Source of the DNA: a virus
Taxonomy: Duplodnaviria; Heunggongvirae; Uroviricota; Caudoviricetes
Length of the DNA: 41,202 bases
Reading direction: 5' to 3' (one strand)
IMG/VR virus record: IMGVR_UViG_3300036768_001066
The notes below the pieces were generated by a model. It saw nothing but the letters and a program-made list of their open reading frames with translations, had not been told where the DNA came from and searched no databases. Positions 8,351 to 17,828 of the stretch are shown here, piece by piece. A program made the translations under genes and the position numbers. Position 1 is the first letter of the stretch, and each line of letters starts with the position of its first letter.

Positions 8351-9592
8351 ATGTTTACATACACTACTATAGATCCTTCCACCGCCACCGTAGAAGAAAT
8401 CAAGGCGGAGATAGAGCGCATGAAGCAGCTCTCCAACGAATGGAAAAACGAGGAACAGGCCATCAAGCTAACCATCAACTCCATATACGGGGCGCTCGGT
8501 AACAAGTGGCTGGTGTGCTTCAACCCTGAGGTTGCGGAGACCATCACGTTGCAGGGTCAAAACCTCATCAAGTACGCTGAGGAGAGGCTCAACCAGTACT
8601 TCAACGAATTTTGGCATAAGGATACGGAGCTTCACGCGAAGCTTGGCATAGACTACGAGGTTAGGCAGGTGAAGCGCCCAGTGAACATCTATTCGGATAC
8701 GGATTCTTGCTACGTGTCGTTTGAGGAGGTTGTGGAGTCGTGTAATTGGACCGGGGACCCAAAGCAACTCATACTCGAAATCAACGAGCACAGGCTCGCC
8801 TCCTATCTCAACAAGTGCTTCGATAAGTACGCTGAGAAGTGGAACACCAAGAACCACATGGACTTTGAGCTTGAAAACATCTCCGAGTCCGGTATATGGC
8901 TCGCTAAGAAGAAATACCTGATAAACGAGGTGTGGGAGTCCGGCATAGCCATGGAGTCTCTGTCTCACATTATATTTAAGGGAGTTGAGTTGGCGCAGAG
9001 TTCGACACCGGCGTTCGCTCGCGAGAAGCTCAAGGAGCTGGTGAAATATGTGTTCACTAAGAAGAAGTCTTTGAACAAGAACGAGATGGTGACGATTCTC
9101 CGAAAAATAAAGGAGGAGTTCAAGATGGCGGACCCTGAGAAGATCTCGATGGGCCGGAGCATCAACGACTACGGGAAGTACATCCTGAATGACACAACTG
9201 CATTCGAGACTGGCAAGCAGACACCTATTCACGTCCGCGCTTCTGGTTACTACAACTTCACCCTTAATCAGTCCAAGTACAAGTCTAAGTACCAGCTCAT
9301 CAGGGCTGGCGACAAGGTCAAGTTCTACTACGCAAAAACCAAGCACAAGAACGCGGAGGAGAACGTGTTCGCTTACATACCGGGTATGTATCCGTACGAG
9401 TTCGCGCCTGCCATAGATTACGACGAGCAGTTCTCTAAAACTATTCTTGACCCGATAAATAGGATCATGGTGGCCATGGGACACACCGAGATACCGGTTG
9501 GACTTCAGCGTTTGACGGACGTCACCGACTTGAAGAAGTCGGATGACGATAAGTCGGAGGACAACCTAAATGATTACGACCCATTCGCATGA
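8351..9592 (+). CDS. gp43: Family B DNA polymerase, C-terminal half only (split gp43, fingers to thumb)
   Basis: Motif B KLTINSIYGALGN, motif C YSDTDSCY, AKKKY, KGVE. No exonuclease domain or motif A. Confidence 0.92.
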   Translation: MFTYTTIDPSTATVEEIKAEIERMKQLSNEWKNEEQAIKLTINSIYGALGNKWLVCFNPEVAETITLQGQNLIKYAEERLNQYFNEFWHKDTELHAKLGIDYEVRQVKRPVNIYSDTDSCYVSFEEVVESCNWTGDPKQLILEINEHRLASYLNKCFDKYAEKWNTKNHMDFELENISESGIWLAKKKYLINEVWESGIAMESLSHIIFKGVELAQSSTPAFAREKLKELVKYVFTKKKSLNKNEMVTILRKIKEEFKMADPEKISMGRSINDYGKYILNDTTAFETGKQTPIHVRASGYYNFTLNQSKYKSKYQLIRAGDKVKFYYAKTKHKNAEENVFAYIPGMYPYEFAPAIDYDEQFSKTILDPINRIMVAMGHTEIPVGLQRLTDVTDLKKSDDDKSEDNLNDYDPFA

Positions 9593-10200
9593 GCAACATC
9601 GCAGAGAAATACCTAAAGTTCCACCGCAGAGTAATACTGCCGACAGGTCTGTATTGCCCGATGACGAGTAATCCTATGACACTGGACGCAGACGCGGATT
9701 CTGACAACTTCGTGTACGTGACTAAAACCGGCAAGCGCTGGGAGTACAAGTACAGGGAACACGTGTTCGTCGAAATGTGCAAGTCCGCGAGGATTTACAG
9801 GTGGAACCAGGACGACAGCACTTGGACGAGGATGGTCGTAAAGATTTTTGACAGCTCGTGGGGCATATTCAGCACCAACACCGAGTACGTTCCGGTGCCG
9901 AAGACAAACTGGGGCGCGTTCGTTCTTCACGTTAACAACTCGTGGTACACCAACAAGTACGTGTTGCGGTTCATGAAGGCATGGCGCCAGGTATTCCCAC
10001 GCAAGGTGAAGCTGCAATGGTCAGGCGCGTCCAGGCGCGTCCAGGCGCAAACCATAGGGCTCGACATCGTGCCTGTGCAGCCGATGAGTGCCCCGCAATC
10101 TATCGAGTTCTTCCTTGATTTTAAAGGCGATAAACCTGCCGAAACAAAGCAGCAAGGACACGTAATAATAAAGAAAGACAACCCAAGCACAAATAAATAA
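9589..10200 (+). CDS. Hypothetical protein with a C-terminal AQTIGLDIVPVQPMSAP motif
   Basis: ATGA overlap with the polymerase gene; 203 aa. Confidence 0.75.
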   Translation: MSNIAEKYLKFHRRVILPTGLYCPMTSNPMTLDADADSDNFVYVTKTGKRWEYKYREHVFVEMCKSARIYRWNQDDSTWTRMVVKIFDSSWGIFSTNTEYVPVPKTNWGAFVLHVNNSWYTNKYVLRFMKAWRQVFPRKVKLQWSGASRRVQAQTIGLDIVPVQPMSAPQSIEFFLDFKGDKPAETKQQGHVIIKKDNPSTNK

Positions 10201-10219
10201 GAATCAAAGTTTATCAAAG

Positions 10220-11497
10220 ATGGCTAAGAAGAAAACAGAAGCTGCTTCGGCGGCAAATTCAGGTGGAGGATTTTCTTTCCTCGATTTTGACAAGAAGCTC
10301 AGTAAGATACCAGGTTTCGAGCTTGGTTCGGTCATAGAGCACAACACCTTTTCGGAGGTTTCTGAGTACATAAACACGGGCAACTACCTACTCAATGCGG
10401 TTCTGTCGGGCTCGCTGCTCGGCGGTATACCGAACAGCAGGAGTCTCGGTCTTGTTGGGGATCCCGAGACGGGCAAGACCTACTTGTGCTTGAACTTCGT
10501 TCGTGAGTTTCAGAAAGCAAACTACGATTGCATCTACTGCGAGACGGAGGCTGCTGTTGATCGCGTGACTGTTAAGAAGTTCGGCATCGACACGATGCGC
10601 ATGAGGTACCAGCCTATCAAGACCGTTAACGAGTTCAAGATATTCACCATGCAGGTGATCAAGGGTGTACAGGAGGCTCGCGAGGCCGGCCACAACCCGA
10701 AGATCGCGCTGTTCCTCGACTCTCTCGGTATGTTGAGCACTGAGAAGGAGATTAACGACGCGCTCGAAGGCAAGACCGCGATGGATATGGGTCTCAAAGC
10801 CAAGCAGCTCCGCGCGATGTTCCGCGCCATAACGCTCGACCTCGCCGCTAACAAGATCCCATTGATTTGCACCAACCACACGACCATAGGTGGTATCGGT
10901 TCTTACACAGGCCCTACTAAAGAGTCTGCCGGTGGCGATGGTCCGATATTCGCAATGTCTTCGCTCCTATTTATGTCTAAGAAGTTCGAGACCGAGGGAG
11001 TGGACAAGGTTAAGACCGGAGTAATCCTTAACGTCCGTCCGCGCAAGAGCAGGAACGTGATCCCGAAGAACATAAGCATGCACGTCAGTTTCGTTGGCGG
11101 TATGAACCCTTATGTTGGACTTGAGGAGTACGTGAACTGGGAGGCGTGCGGAATCGACAGGGGCAAGATCTACACTAAGAAGGAGGCGGAGAAGGAAGGC
11201 GTAAAGAACGGCCATCCGTTCACATACACGTACGACGACGTAGACAAGGAGACCGGGGAGATCAAGAAGACTATCACGGAGGAGCTCGTGTTCGTGCAAA
11301 AGGACACAGGGCGCTGGTGTGTGAAGCACCTCGGCAAATCGCTATCAAGCGGTAGCCAGCTGTTCAACAAGCTCGTATTCACTCATGAGGTGATCAAACA
11401 GCTCGACGAGAACGTAATTCAGAACGAGTTCAAGTTCCCAGACCACGTTGACAGTGAGGACCTAACGGAGTTTGACAAACAAATCGACACTGAGTAA
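10220..11497 (+). CDS. uvsX: UvsX/RecA-like recombinase
   Basis: Walker A GDPETGKT, YCETE, Walker B LFLDSLGML, KAKQLRAMFR, CTNHT, GG.G. Confidence 0.92.
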   Translation: MAKKKTEAASAANSGGGFSFLDFDKKLSKIPGFELGSVIEHNTFSEVSEYINTGNYLLNAVLSGSLLGGIPNSRSLGLVGDPETGKTYLCLNFVREFQKANYDCIYCETEAAVDRVTVKKFGIDTMRMRYQPIKTVNEFKIFTMQVIKGVQEAREAGHNPKIALFLDSLGMLSTEKEINDALEGKTAMDMGLKAKQLRAMFRAITLDLAANKIPLICTNHTTIGGIGSYTGPTKESAGGDGPIFAMSSLLFMSKKFETEGVDKVKTGVILNVRPRKSRNVIPKNISMHVSFVGGMNPYVGLEEYVNWEACGIDRGKIYTKKEAEKEGVKNGHPFTYTYDDVDKETGEIKKTITEELVFVQKDTGRWCVKHLGKSLSSGSQLFNKLVFTHEVIKQLDENVIQNEFKFPDHVDSEDLTEFDKQIDTE

Positions 11498-11805
11498 TGA
11501 ATACTGACAAAGTACCATTCAAGTACCTACTCGGAATGTGGAAGACTCGTCGGGGTTACCCGACCAAGATGGATGTGATGTATGAACTCTACGTCTATGT
11601 TCTCAAGAACATGAAGGCGCAAGAGTTCTCAGAGCAGACGTTCAACGGGATATGGTGTGACGCTGCCGGCGTTGCAAGCTGGAAGGGAACCAAGCACGAG
11701 AAGCACATAAACGAGATGCTGTCGGACGGGACCTTTGAGAAGACTCGTGAATCCGGCGGTAAGACTTGGTACAAGATTGCGGACGGGCGAAACCCGTTCG
11801 TGTGA
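11497..11805 (+). CDS. Hypothetical protein
   Basis: TAATG overlap with uvsX; 102 aa. Confidence 0.75.
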   Translation: MNTDKVPFKYLLGMWKTRRGYPTKMDVMYELYVYVLKNMKAQEFSEQTFNGIWCDAAGVASWKGTKHEKHINEMLSDGTFEKTRESGGKTWYKIADGRNPFV

Positions 11806-11810
11806 GTGAG

Positions 11811-11840
11811 GAGACCGGCCAGAAGCCGGTTTTCTTATTT
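11811..11840. terminator. Terminator between convergent genes
   Basis: AGACCGGC-CAGAA-GCCGGTTT hairpin. Confidence 0.65.
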
Positions 11841-12410
11841 TAGACATAGCTCTGCGAATTTTACGACGGCCTCGCCGTCAAAAGTGTTCTCGAATATCTC
11901 GACATCAAAGCTAAACTTCTCCCTCAGGTATTCAATGTACAACAAGTATTTGTTGTGAACGTCCTCGTACGTCAGGTATTCCCACTGGTCTTTCGGCATA
12001 TCACGCCCGCCAGGTGAATTTCCACGCTTGATGTACAAGACTCTGACGTTGCTGCCAATATATCCCTCTCTGCGCAGGAAGTCCATGTATGCGTACGCAT
12101 CCTCGTCGGTTATCCTTTTTTGGACGACACCCAGCACGATATTAGACAGGAACCCTCGGTCCACGAGCAGTCTCGGTCCCCAGATGAGACCCTGCTTGGC
12201 CATCGACATGATTGTCACGTCGAACGATGTGGTGAAATGATAGGTTGTTTTGTCCCCGGTGCCCATGCTGTCCGTGTTGTCCTTGAGGAACGTGTTGAAG
12301 TAACCGGCGAAGGGAAATTTGTAGCTCGGGATGCCCGAGGTTTCCATTAGGTAGGTCTTTCCTACGTTTTTGGCCCCCTCCACGATGATTATTTTACTTG
12401 CTTCATTCAT
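11835..12410 (-). CDS. Nucleoside monophosphate kinase-like P-loop protein (thymidylate kinase fold)
   Basis: IIIVEGAKNVGKT P-loop and LLVDRGFLS motif. Confidence 0.75.
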   Translation of the reverse strand: MNEASKIIIVEGAKNVGKTYLMETSGIPSYKFPFAGYFNTFLKDNTDSMGTGDKTTYHFTTSFDVTIMSMAKQGLIWGPRLLVDRGFLSNIVLGVVQKRITDEDAYAYMDFLRREGYIGSNVRVLYIKRGNSPGGRDMPKDQWEYLTYEDVHNKYLLYIEYLREKFSFDVEIFENTFDGEAVVKFAELCLK

Positions 12411-12485
12411 GCTGTAAAGAAAGCGAAAATACTTGACATTTGGAAGCCCCCTCGGATAAAAGCTCAGAACGAAACTAAATGACTG

Positions 12486-12493
12486 GATATATA
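12486..12493 (+). promoter_or_regulatory. GATATATA box
   Basis: 27 nt upstream of ATG 12521. Confidence 0.55.
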
Positions 12494-12520
12494 TAAAAAG
12501 TAAAAGAACCCCATTTGTAA

Positions 12521-12937
12521 ATGGATCAGAAGAACATCAAGAAAAGGGACGTGTGGTCATTCGACGAGTTTGTCGAAGCATACGACCAGGCGAGGAAAAC
12601 CGTCATGCTGAAGAACGGCGAGGACGCTCACCCCGGAACCCACAAGATAAAGGCCGAGGGGTCTTATGTCAGGAATGACGCTAACCCCTACAAGGCTTTT
12701 GGTATTCCGCACAATGCGCAGGAAGCCAACGTTAACGACCGCATGAACGCCAACCGCGTGCATCTGTTCGACCAGACCAAGAACAACAGGGTCGAGGTCA
12801 TCACACAGGGTAAGGGTCTCGGTAAGGGCGCTACGCCAAACGAAGTTATAGTTAACACGGCCACTATCGTTGGTTCGGACATCGACGAGTCGGTGAAGCC
12901 TGAGGATAGGACGAAGAAACAGAGAAGTAATGAGTAG
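12521..12937 (+). CDS. Putative head-internal protein (VWSFDEFVE near the N-terminus)
   Basis: F-x-E-F-x-E motif; follows a GATATATA box. Confidence 0.6.
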   Translation: MDQKNIKKRDVWSFDEFVEAYDQARKTVMLKNGEDAHPGTHKIKAEGSYVRNDANPYKAFGIPHNAQEANVNDRMNANRVHLFDQTKNNRVEVITQGKGLGKGATPNEVIVNTATIVGSDIDESVKPEDRTKKQRSNE

Positions 12938-14006
12938 ACTCCTAAAATTTGACGATTTCAATAACGACAGGAAGAAGCCGGAAGAGGTTTCTCCTGTCGC
13001 CGTACAACCCGTGAGAACCGTGCACGAGAACAACCAGACCATGAATAAATTAGAAGATAAGATGAAGAAACTCGTCTGGAAAGGCGTGATGGAGTCGTCG
13101 TACTTTAGTGAGGCGGACAAGAAGGGAATATACAGCGCAATGAAGGCCGCCGGCCTCGACAACAAAGCGCTGAACGAGAGCATCCTCACCCGGATGCGCG
13201 AAGTACTCCCTAAGTTGAAGGAGGACGGAGTTGAGGTGAAGGAGGAAACTATCGACAAACTCGAGAAGGTAATGAAGAGTGCAAGTGCATTCTCCAAATA
13301 CCTTGCAGATCTTGTTCTCAGAGCGTGGGATCGCGCGCTCGGATTCTACAAGACAAAGCTCGACCCGGCCAAGACCGATGCGTTCGCTCGCATAAAGCAA
13401 CTACGCAAGGAGGGAACCGATCTCAACGACAACATAGCGGCAGAACTCGCCGCACTTAAGGAGGTCAGCATGTTCTGGCTAAAAGTATTTCCAGGACTTG
13501 TGTCCAAGGCACTGCTTCAAAACTACTCAAAGGCTATTATGAAGGAGTCACTTGAGGTTTCGGCAGATATTCACACTTCCCTAATGAAGTTCAGTCCTAC
13601 GAAGCTTAATGAGGACAACCAGGCTCTGTGGGCGTTCATGGACGACATAACCGACCAGCTGAAGGACGCCGAGCCGTTTAAATCCATAAGTGCTGTCAGG
13701 AGTTTTGACGGCACCACACCAGAGAAATTCGCCGAGGCGTACATCAAGTACACTGCCGACGCAGGCGGGCCATCCACGAAGAAATACGCAATGCTCCCCA
13801 TAGTAATGGAGGAGGTTGTTAAGTACAGGAACAATACGATACCAGGCGACATGAAGGACCAGATCCTGAAGTCCGAAGGTGTGCTCAAGTTCTTGCCTAT
13901 GAACAAAGAGATACTAACTTTAATTGAGGCGCTCGCCATGACGGTCGTGTGCACGGAGATAATGATGAAGATCAAGGACGACTCCAGCTCAGTTTACAAA
14001 AAATAA
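12930..14006 (+). CDS. Putative head-internal protein (MSRLLKFDDFNN; several LNE/MES sites)
   Basis: Capsid-targeting-like N-terminus; helical, charged. Confidence 0.65.
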   Translation: MSRLLKFDDFNNDRKKPEEVSPVAVQPVRTVHENNQTMNKLEDKMKKLVWKGVMESSYFSEADKKGIYSAMKAAGLDNKALNESILTRMREVLPKLKEDGVEVKEETIDKLEKVMKSASAFSKYLADLVLRAWDRALGFYKTKLDPAKTDAFARIKQLRKEGTDLNDNIAAELAALKEVSMFWLKVFPGLVSKALLQNYSKAIMKESLEVSADIHTSLMKFSPTKLNEDNQALWAFMDDITDQLKDAEPFKSISAVRSFDGTTPEKFAEAYIKYTADAGGPSTKKYAMLPIVMEEVVKYRNNTIPGDMKDQILKSEGVLKFLPMNKEILTLIEALAMTVVCTEIMMKIKDDSSSVYKK

Positions 14007-14009
14007 AGA

Positions 14010-14462
14010 ATGGGATTCAACAAGATTATTCTACCCGACGTCAAGGAGATGAAGGAGAGATACAAACAGGAGCCGAAGTCTACACTGAACTGGATAATGA
14101 AGGCCGACGCTATAATAGGACCAGTCGAATCGGTACGGTACGTCGAGAAGCTCCTGAAGAAAAAGAATAGTGCCATGAATTTCAAGAAGAGGACCAAGGA
14201 AGAGATTGATTACGCAGTGGATGTTCAGAAGGACTATACCGGCGGATACGAGTTCTGGCCGTGGCTTATTTACATGAGGTTGTCATACCTAATAGGTCTG
14301 TTCCTAAATGCGGCAATAGGCCTCGGCTCGTTCATAACCGGCGACAAGTCCGATTGGATAACTTGGGCGGCTGGTGGATTTTTCGGCGTATTCGCCCCAG
14401 CGCTAATATCGTACAAGCTACTACAAGACTACAAAAAATTAAAGAAGGGCATCGGCCGATAA
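14010..14462 (+). CDS. Membrane protein (two C-terminal hydrophobic segments); possibly two fused small genes
   Basis: Hydrophobic stretches YLIGLFLNAAIGLGSF and WAAGGFFGVFAPALI; internal ATG (MNFKKR). Confidence 0.65.
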   Translation: MGFNKIILPDVKEMKERYKQEPKSTLNWIMKADAIIGPVESVRYVEKLLKKKNSAMNFKKRTKEEIDYAVDVQKDYTGGYEFWPWLIYMRLSYLIGLFLNAAIGLGSFITGDKSDWITWAAGGFFGVFAPALISYKLLQDYKKLKKGIGR

Positions 14463-14479
14463 AAAAAACAAGACAAAAA

Positions 14480-15433
14480 ATGAAAAGGATATTCGGATTC
14501 AACGAATTTGTAAACGAGAGTTACCGTCTCAACGAGGGCGGAGGGGCGGGCATCGACTTCAGGACGGATGTCGACGTCAATCTAATTCTCGAGCTGTCCG
14601 CATCAGGACTCACAGAGGTCAGCAAGAAAATTGAGATGGCGGACACGTTCGACGCGGAGGGATACGACGACGGCATGGACGAAGTCGGCACCTGGATGCT
14701 CAAGAGCGGACTCGACCTCAAGCTGGACAAGCTCGAGAATAAGATAAGGCAGATACCTATAGGGTCCGTCTCGGACTACAGTGGACTGTTCGACGATCTC
14801 GGTATAGAAGAAGCGGCGAGAGAAGACGTGAAGAAACTGGGCGACCTGTTCATAGCGCAACCGGAGCTCGTACTCAACGTAACGTTCAATATAAGTTTCA
14901 ATAACTACAGGGAGGTGCACTTCGCCGGTTACATACGCGGCGAGTTCGAGAAGGGTGATCTCATCATCGGCAGCGATGCTGCCAGGTACAATAACGGTCA
15001 CTACGACTCGATCACGCTGTCATCCGGCAGCGGGCGTGCGGAGGAGTTCGAGTTGAACTTTGATTCTCAGGTTGCTAAATTGATAGATGACGTCAAGCCA
15101 CAGCTCACGGCCACGGCCACTTTCGTAGAGTTCTACACCAATGTGTTTGACATGGTCAATGAGAACTTCGACGCTTACATAAAGGATGAGCTTCTCGAGA
15201 ACGATATAGATGCGGATGAGGTTGATGAGGAGATACAGGAGTACATAGACAACAACGACCTCGAGATCACCATTGACGATTTCAAGAAGGAAAAAGAAAA
15301 GTACGTGAACGATGAGTTCATCAACTTCATGAAGGACAAGGACGACTACTACACGAGAAAGTGGGACGACTACTGGTCGGGACTGAAGGACGAATACGGC
15401 AAGGATAACCCTGCGGGTCTGGAGCAAGAATAA
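14480..15433 (+). CDS. Acidic putative head-internal protein (MKRIFGFNEFVNES)
   Basis: Start at ATG 14480 after an A-rich leader rather than 14261; capsid-targeting-like N-terminus; very D/E-rich. Confidence 0.75.
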   Translation: MKRIFGFNEFVNESYRLNEGGGAGIDFRTDVDVNLILELSASGLTEVSKKIEMADTFDAEGYDDGMDEVGTWMLKSGLDLKLDKLENKIRQIPIGSVSDYSGLFDDLGIEEAAREDVKKLGDLFIAQPELVLNVTFNISFNNYREVHFAGYIRGEFEKGDLIIGSDAARYNNGHYDSITLSSGSGRAEEFELNFDSQVAKLIDDVKPQLTATATFVEFYTNVFDMVNENFDAYIKDELLENDIDADEVDEEIQEYIDNNDLEITIDDFKKEKEKYVNDEFINFMKDKDDYYTRKWDDYWSGLKDEYGKDNPAGLEQE

Positions 15434-15436
15434 TTT

Positions 15437-15462
15437 AAAAGCCGGTTTTTAGCCGGCTTTTT
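15437..15462. terminator. Bidirectional terminator
   Basis: AAAAGCCGG-TTTTTAG-CCGGCTTTT between convergent genes. Confidence 0.75.
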
Positions 15463-16174
15463 ACATTCTCCACTTCTCGCTGTCCTCCTTTGAAGAAGAC
15501 GTCTTGGTTATTACTTTGGACTTGATCACCTGGTGTACCACAGGTAGCAGCCCGTCTTTTGTGTCAAATGGTTTGGTGGGCTCAACCGATATGTATGCGT
15601 AGTCCTCGTGCACGCCTGAGTACTTAGCCATGACGTCTGAGTACTTGGGCGACTCGTTCTCGTCGAACCCTATGAGCTCCGACTTCACTTGGTCCTTATC
15701 CACCCAAAACTTGTACGTCTCCACTATCCAGGAGCCGGGGTACCGTATGAACATGTACCCACCCCTCACCTTCTTTGGTTTGTTGCCGATGAACGACATC
15801 GCCAGGCAGTTCTCTATGTGCTTCCAGACGTCTGATCCGTGCCTCTGCAGGTCCTTTAGTTGCAGCACCGACCACTTTACTATCTTGTCGACCTCCATCC
15901 GATCTGGGTGGTTATCCGGCAGCATGGACACGTAATCTATGGTCTTCAGATCCTCCTCGGTGAACTCGTCGCCCTCCCTTTTCAGGAGTCCTCGGATCGA
16001 GCTGTAGCACTCCATATTCTTTAGCTGCGCCCTTACGTCGTCGAAGTACGGTTCGAGCTTGTTGGTCTCGAATGCCTTATTGGCGTCCCGTATGTAGGCG
16101 AGCAGGACGTATTGCTTGTGTTCGAAGTCGAATGGAGGTTTCAAAAACCACGTAGGTGTGAGAACTTTCAGCAT
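15461..16174 (-). CDS. Conserved hypothetical protein (DFEHKQYVLLAY)
   Basis: 237 aa; the N-terminal W..P.DFE.K.YVLLAY resembles a family I associate with Bacteroidota and their phages (not verified). Confidence 0.75.
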   Translation of the reverse strand: MLKVLTPTWFLKPPFDFEHKQYVLLAYIRDANKAFETNKLEPYFDDVRAQLKNMECYSSIRGLLKREGDEFTEEDLKTIDYVSMLPDNHPDRMEVDKIVKWSVLQLKDLQRHGSDVWKHIENCLAMSFIGNKPKKVRGGYMFIRYPGSWIVETYKFWVDKDQVKSELIGFDENESPKYSDVMAKYSGVHEDYAYISVEPTKPFDTKDGLLPVVHQVIKSKVITKTSSSKEDSEKWRM

Positions 16175-16197
16175 GCGTTCCTGATTATTGGTTTTAG

Positions 16198-16237
16198 TAT
16201 ATATCGCCTGTCTGAAGCGTTATGTTTTAGATATATA
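16198..16237. promoter_or_regulatory. Back-to-back GATATATA boxes (minus 16198-16205; plus 16230-16237)
   Basis: Each points to the adjacent divergent start codon (16174 and 16275). Confidence 0.6.
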
Positions 16238-16274
16238 AAAAGAGCCGAAAGGTTTCGAATGCAACGATATTTTA

Positions 16275-17813
16275 ATGACACCAAAAAGTCAAATACCCAT
16301 TCGACAGATAGATGGACTGCAGGCCGATCTTGATTCAAAGTTGAACAAGGCGGGTGATGCAATGTCCGGACCTCTGGCGCTTAATTCGACGCTCGTCGAC
16401 GGCGACGGCTCGTCCGGTATATCCGGCCAAATACTTATGACCACTGGCGACGGGGTCAAGTGGCTCGATAGCGGCAGTTTTGTCGGCGCGAGTGGAACTT
16501 CAGGATTCAGTGGAACCTCCGGGTTCTCCGGCACTTCCGGTATTTCCGGAACGTCCGGATTGAGTGGTACTTCGGGCGTGAGTGGTTTCTCGGGCGTATC
16601 AGGGTTCAGCGGTGTGAGCGGATTCAGCGGAGTATCAGGATTCTCCGGCACGTCTGGATTCAGCGGTACTTCCGGAACGAGTGGGTTTTCCGGCACATCT
16701 GGTCTAAGCGGCACGAGTGGATCATCGGGCGTATCAGGGTTCAGTGGTGTGAGCGGATTCAGCGGAGTATCAGGATTCTCCGGTACGTCGGGTTTCTCTG
16801 GTGAGTCCGGCGCAAGTGGCATATCGGGTGTGAGCGGAGCGAGCGGGACGTCCGGGTTCAGCGGAATATCAGGTTCATCAGGTTACTATGGACAGGATGG
16901 TATGTCCGGAGTCTCTGGATTTTCTGGATTTTCTGGTGTTGACGGCGCTTCCGGATTTTCCGGCGTCAATGGTGTAGCCGGTGGTGCATTATACTACCTG
17001 AGGAACGATGCCTCTGATATAGTTGGTTTCAGGCAATTGAATATCAATCCCGATTCTATAGATCCAGAGAGTTCATTCACCGCGGTGTGTAATAATACGA
17101 CAGGCGAGGTTCTTATCCAGCAATTCTTGACCTTACCGTCTAACCCAGACCAGCTTTACATATCTGGTGGTTCGTGGATATTCGATACTTACTCTTCGGT
17201 CGACAACCCAGTTGGAGACACGCGAATAGTTATACGCGTGTACAAGAGGGATTTCGTCGGAACGGAGACACCTTTATTCAGTGCTGAGACTGCCGAGATA
17301 AACGGCGCGGTCGTAGCACTCTATTCTAAAGAGATATTACAGGGCGAGTTCGACCTCGACCTCACGGATAGGATACTCGTCAAGTATTATGCTAAGACCA
17401 CTTCTGTGTCTAATATAACGGTGAGTCTATACGTTGAAGGGTTTACAAACGCTACACACGTTCACTCGCCGGTGTCTTTCGTTGGAGCCTCTGGATTTTC
17501 GGGTTTCAGCGGGGTGAGCGGTTTCTCGGGCGCCTCTGGTTTCTCGGGCACCTCTGGTTTGAGCGGTTACTCAGGAGTCTCAGGATTCAGCGGAGCCTCA
17601 GGATTCTCGGGAGAGAGTGGGACGAGCGGTTTCTCGGGAGAGAGTGGGACGAGCGGTTTATCGGGCACCTCTGGTTTCAGCGGATACTTCGGCGCCTCAG
17701 GGTTCTCCGGCGTGAGCGGGTTCTCCGGCGTGAGCGGGTTCTCCGGCGCCTCTGGTTTCAGCGGATTTGATGCTGGTATACTCGCTATGATAATAAACAG
17801 CCTCGGACTATAA
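16275..17813 (+). CDS. Tail-fibre-like protein with two Ser-Gly-X repeat blocks
   Basis: N-terminal [14 protein letters not shown] resembles the phage tail repeat (I..V.GLQ..L..K); (SGX)n blocks flank a globular domain. Confidence 0.75.
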   Translation: MTPKSQIPIRQIDGLQADLDSKLNKAGDAMSGPLALNSTLVDGDGSSGISGQILMTTGDGVKWLDSGSFVGASGTSGFSGTSGFSGTSGISGTSGLSGTSGVSGFSGVSGFSGVSGFSGVSGFSGTSGFSGTSGTSGFSGTSGLSGTSGSSGVSGFSGVSGFSGVSGFSGTSGFSGESGASGISGVSGASGTSGFSGISGSSGYYGQDGMSGVSGFSGFSGVDGASGFSGVNGVAGGALYYLRNDASDIVGFRQLNINPDSIDPESSFTAVCNNTTGEVLIQQFLTLPSNPDQLYISGGSWIFDTYSSVDNPVGDTRIVIRVYKRDFVGTETPLFSAETAEINGAVVALYSKEILQGEFDLDLTDRILVKYYAKTTSVSNITVSLYVEGFTNATHVHSPVSFVGASGFSGFSGVSGFSGASGFSGTSGLSGYSGVSGFSGASGFSGESGTSGFSGESGTSGLSGTSGFSGYFGASGFSGVSGFSGVSGFSGASGFSGFDAGILAMIINSLGL

Positions 17814-17828
17814 GAAAATATATAAAAT

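Noticed and set aside
8351-8460. Split intein or intron explaining the half polymerase
   Set aside because: No His-Asn/Cys-Ser-Thr splice junction at the N-terminus, and no intron-like or homing endonuclease sequence upstream.
10022-10048. 10-nt tandem caggcgcgtc (~2.7 copies) as a phase-variation site
   Set aside because: The reading frame is intact on both sides and the downstream motif is in frame; likely incidental.
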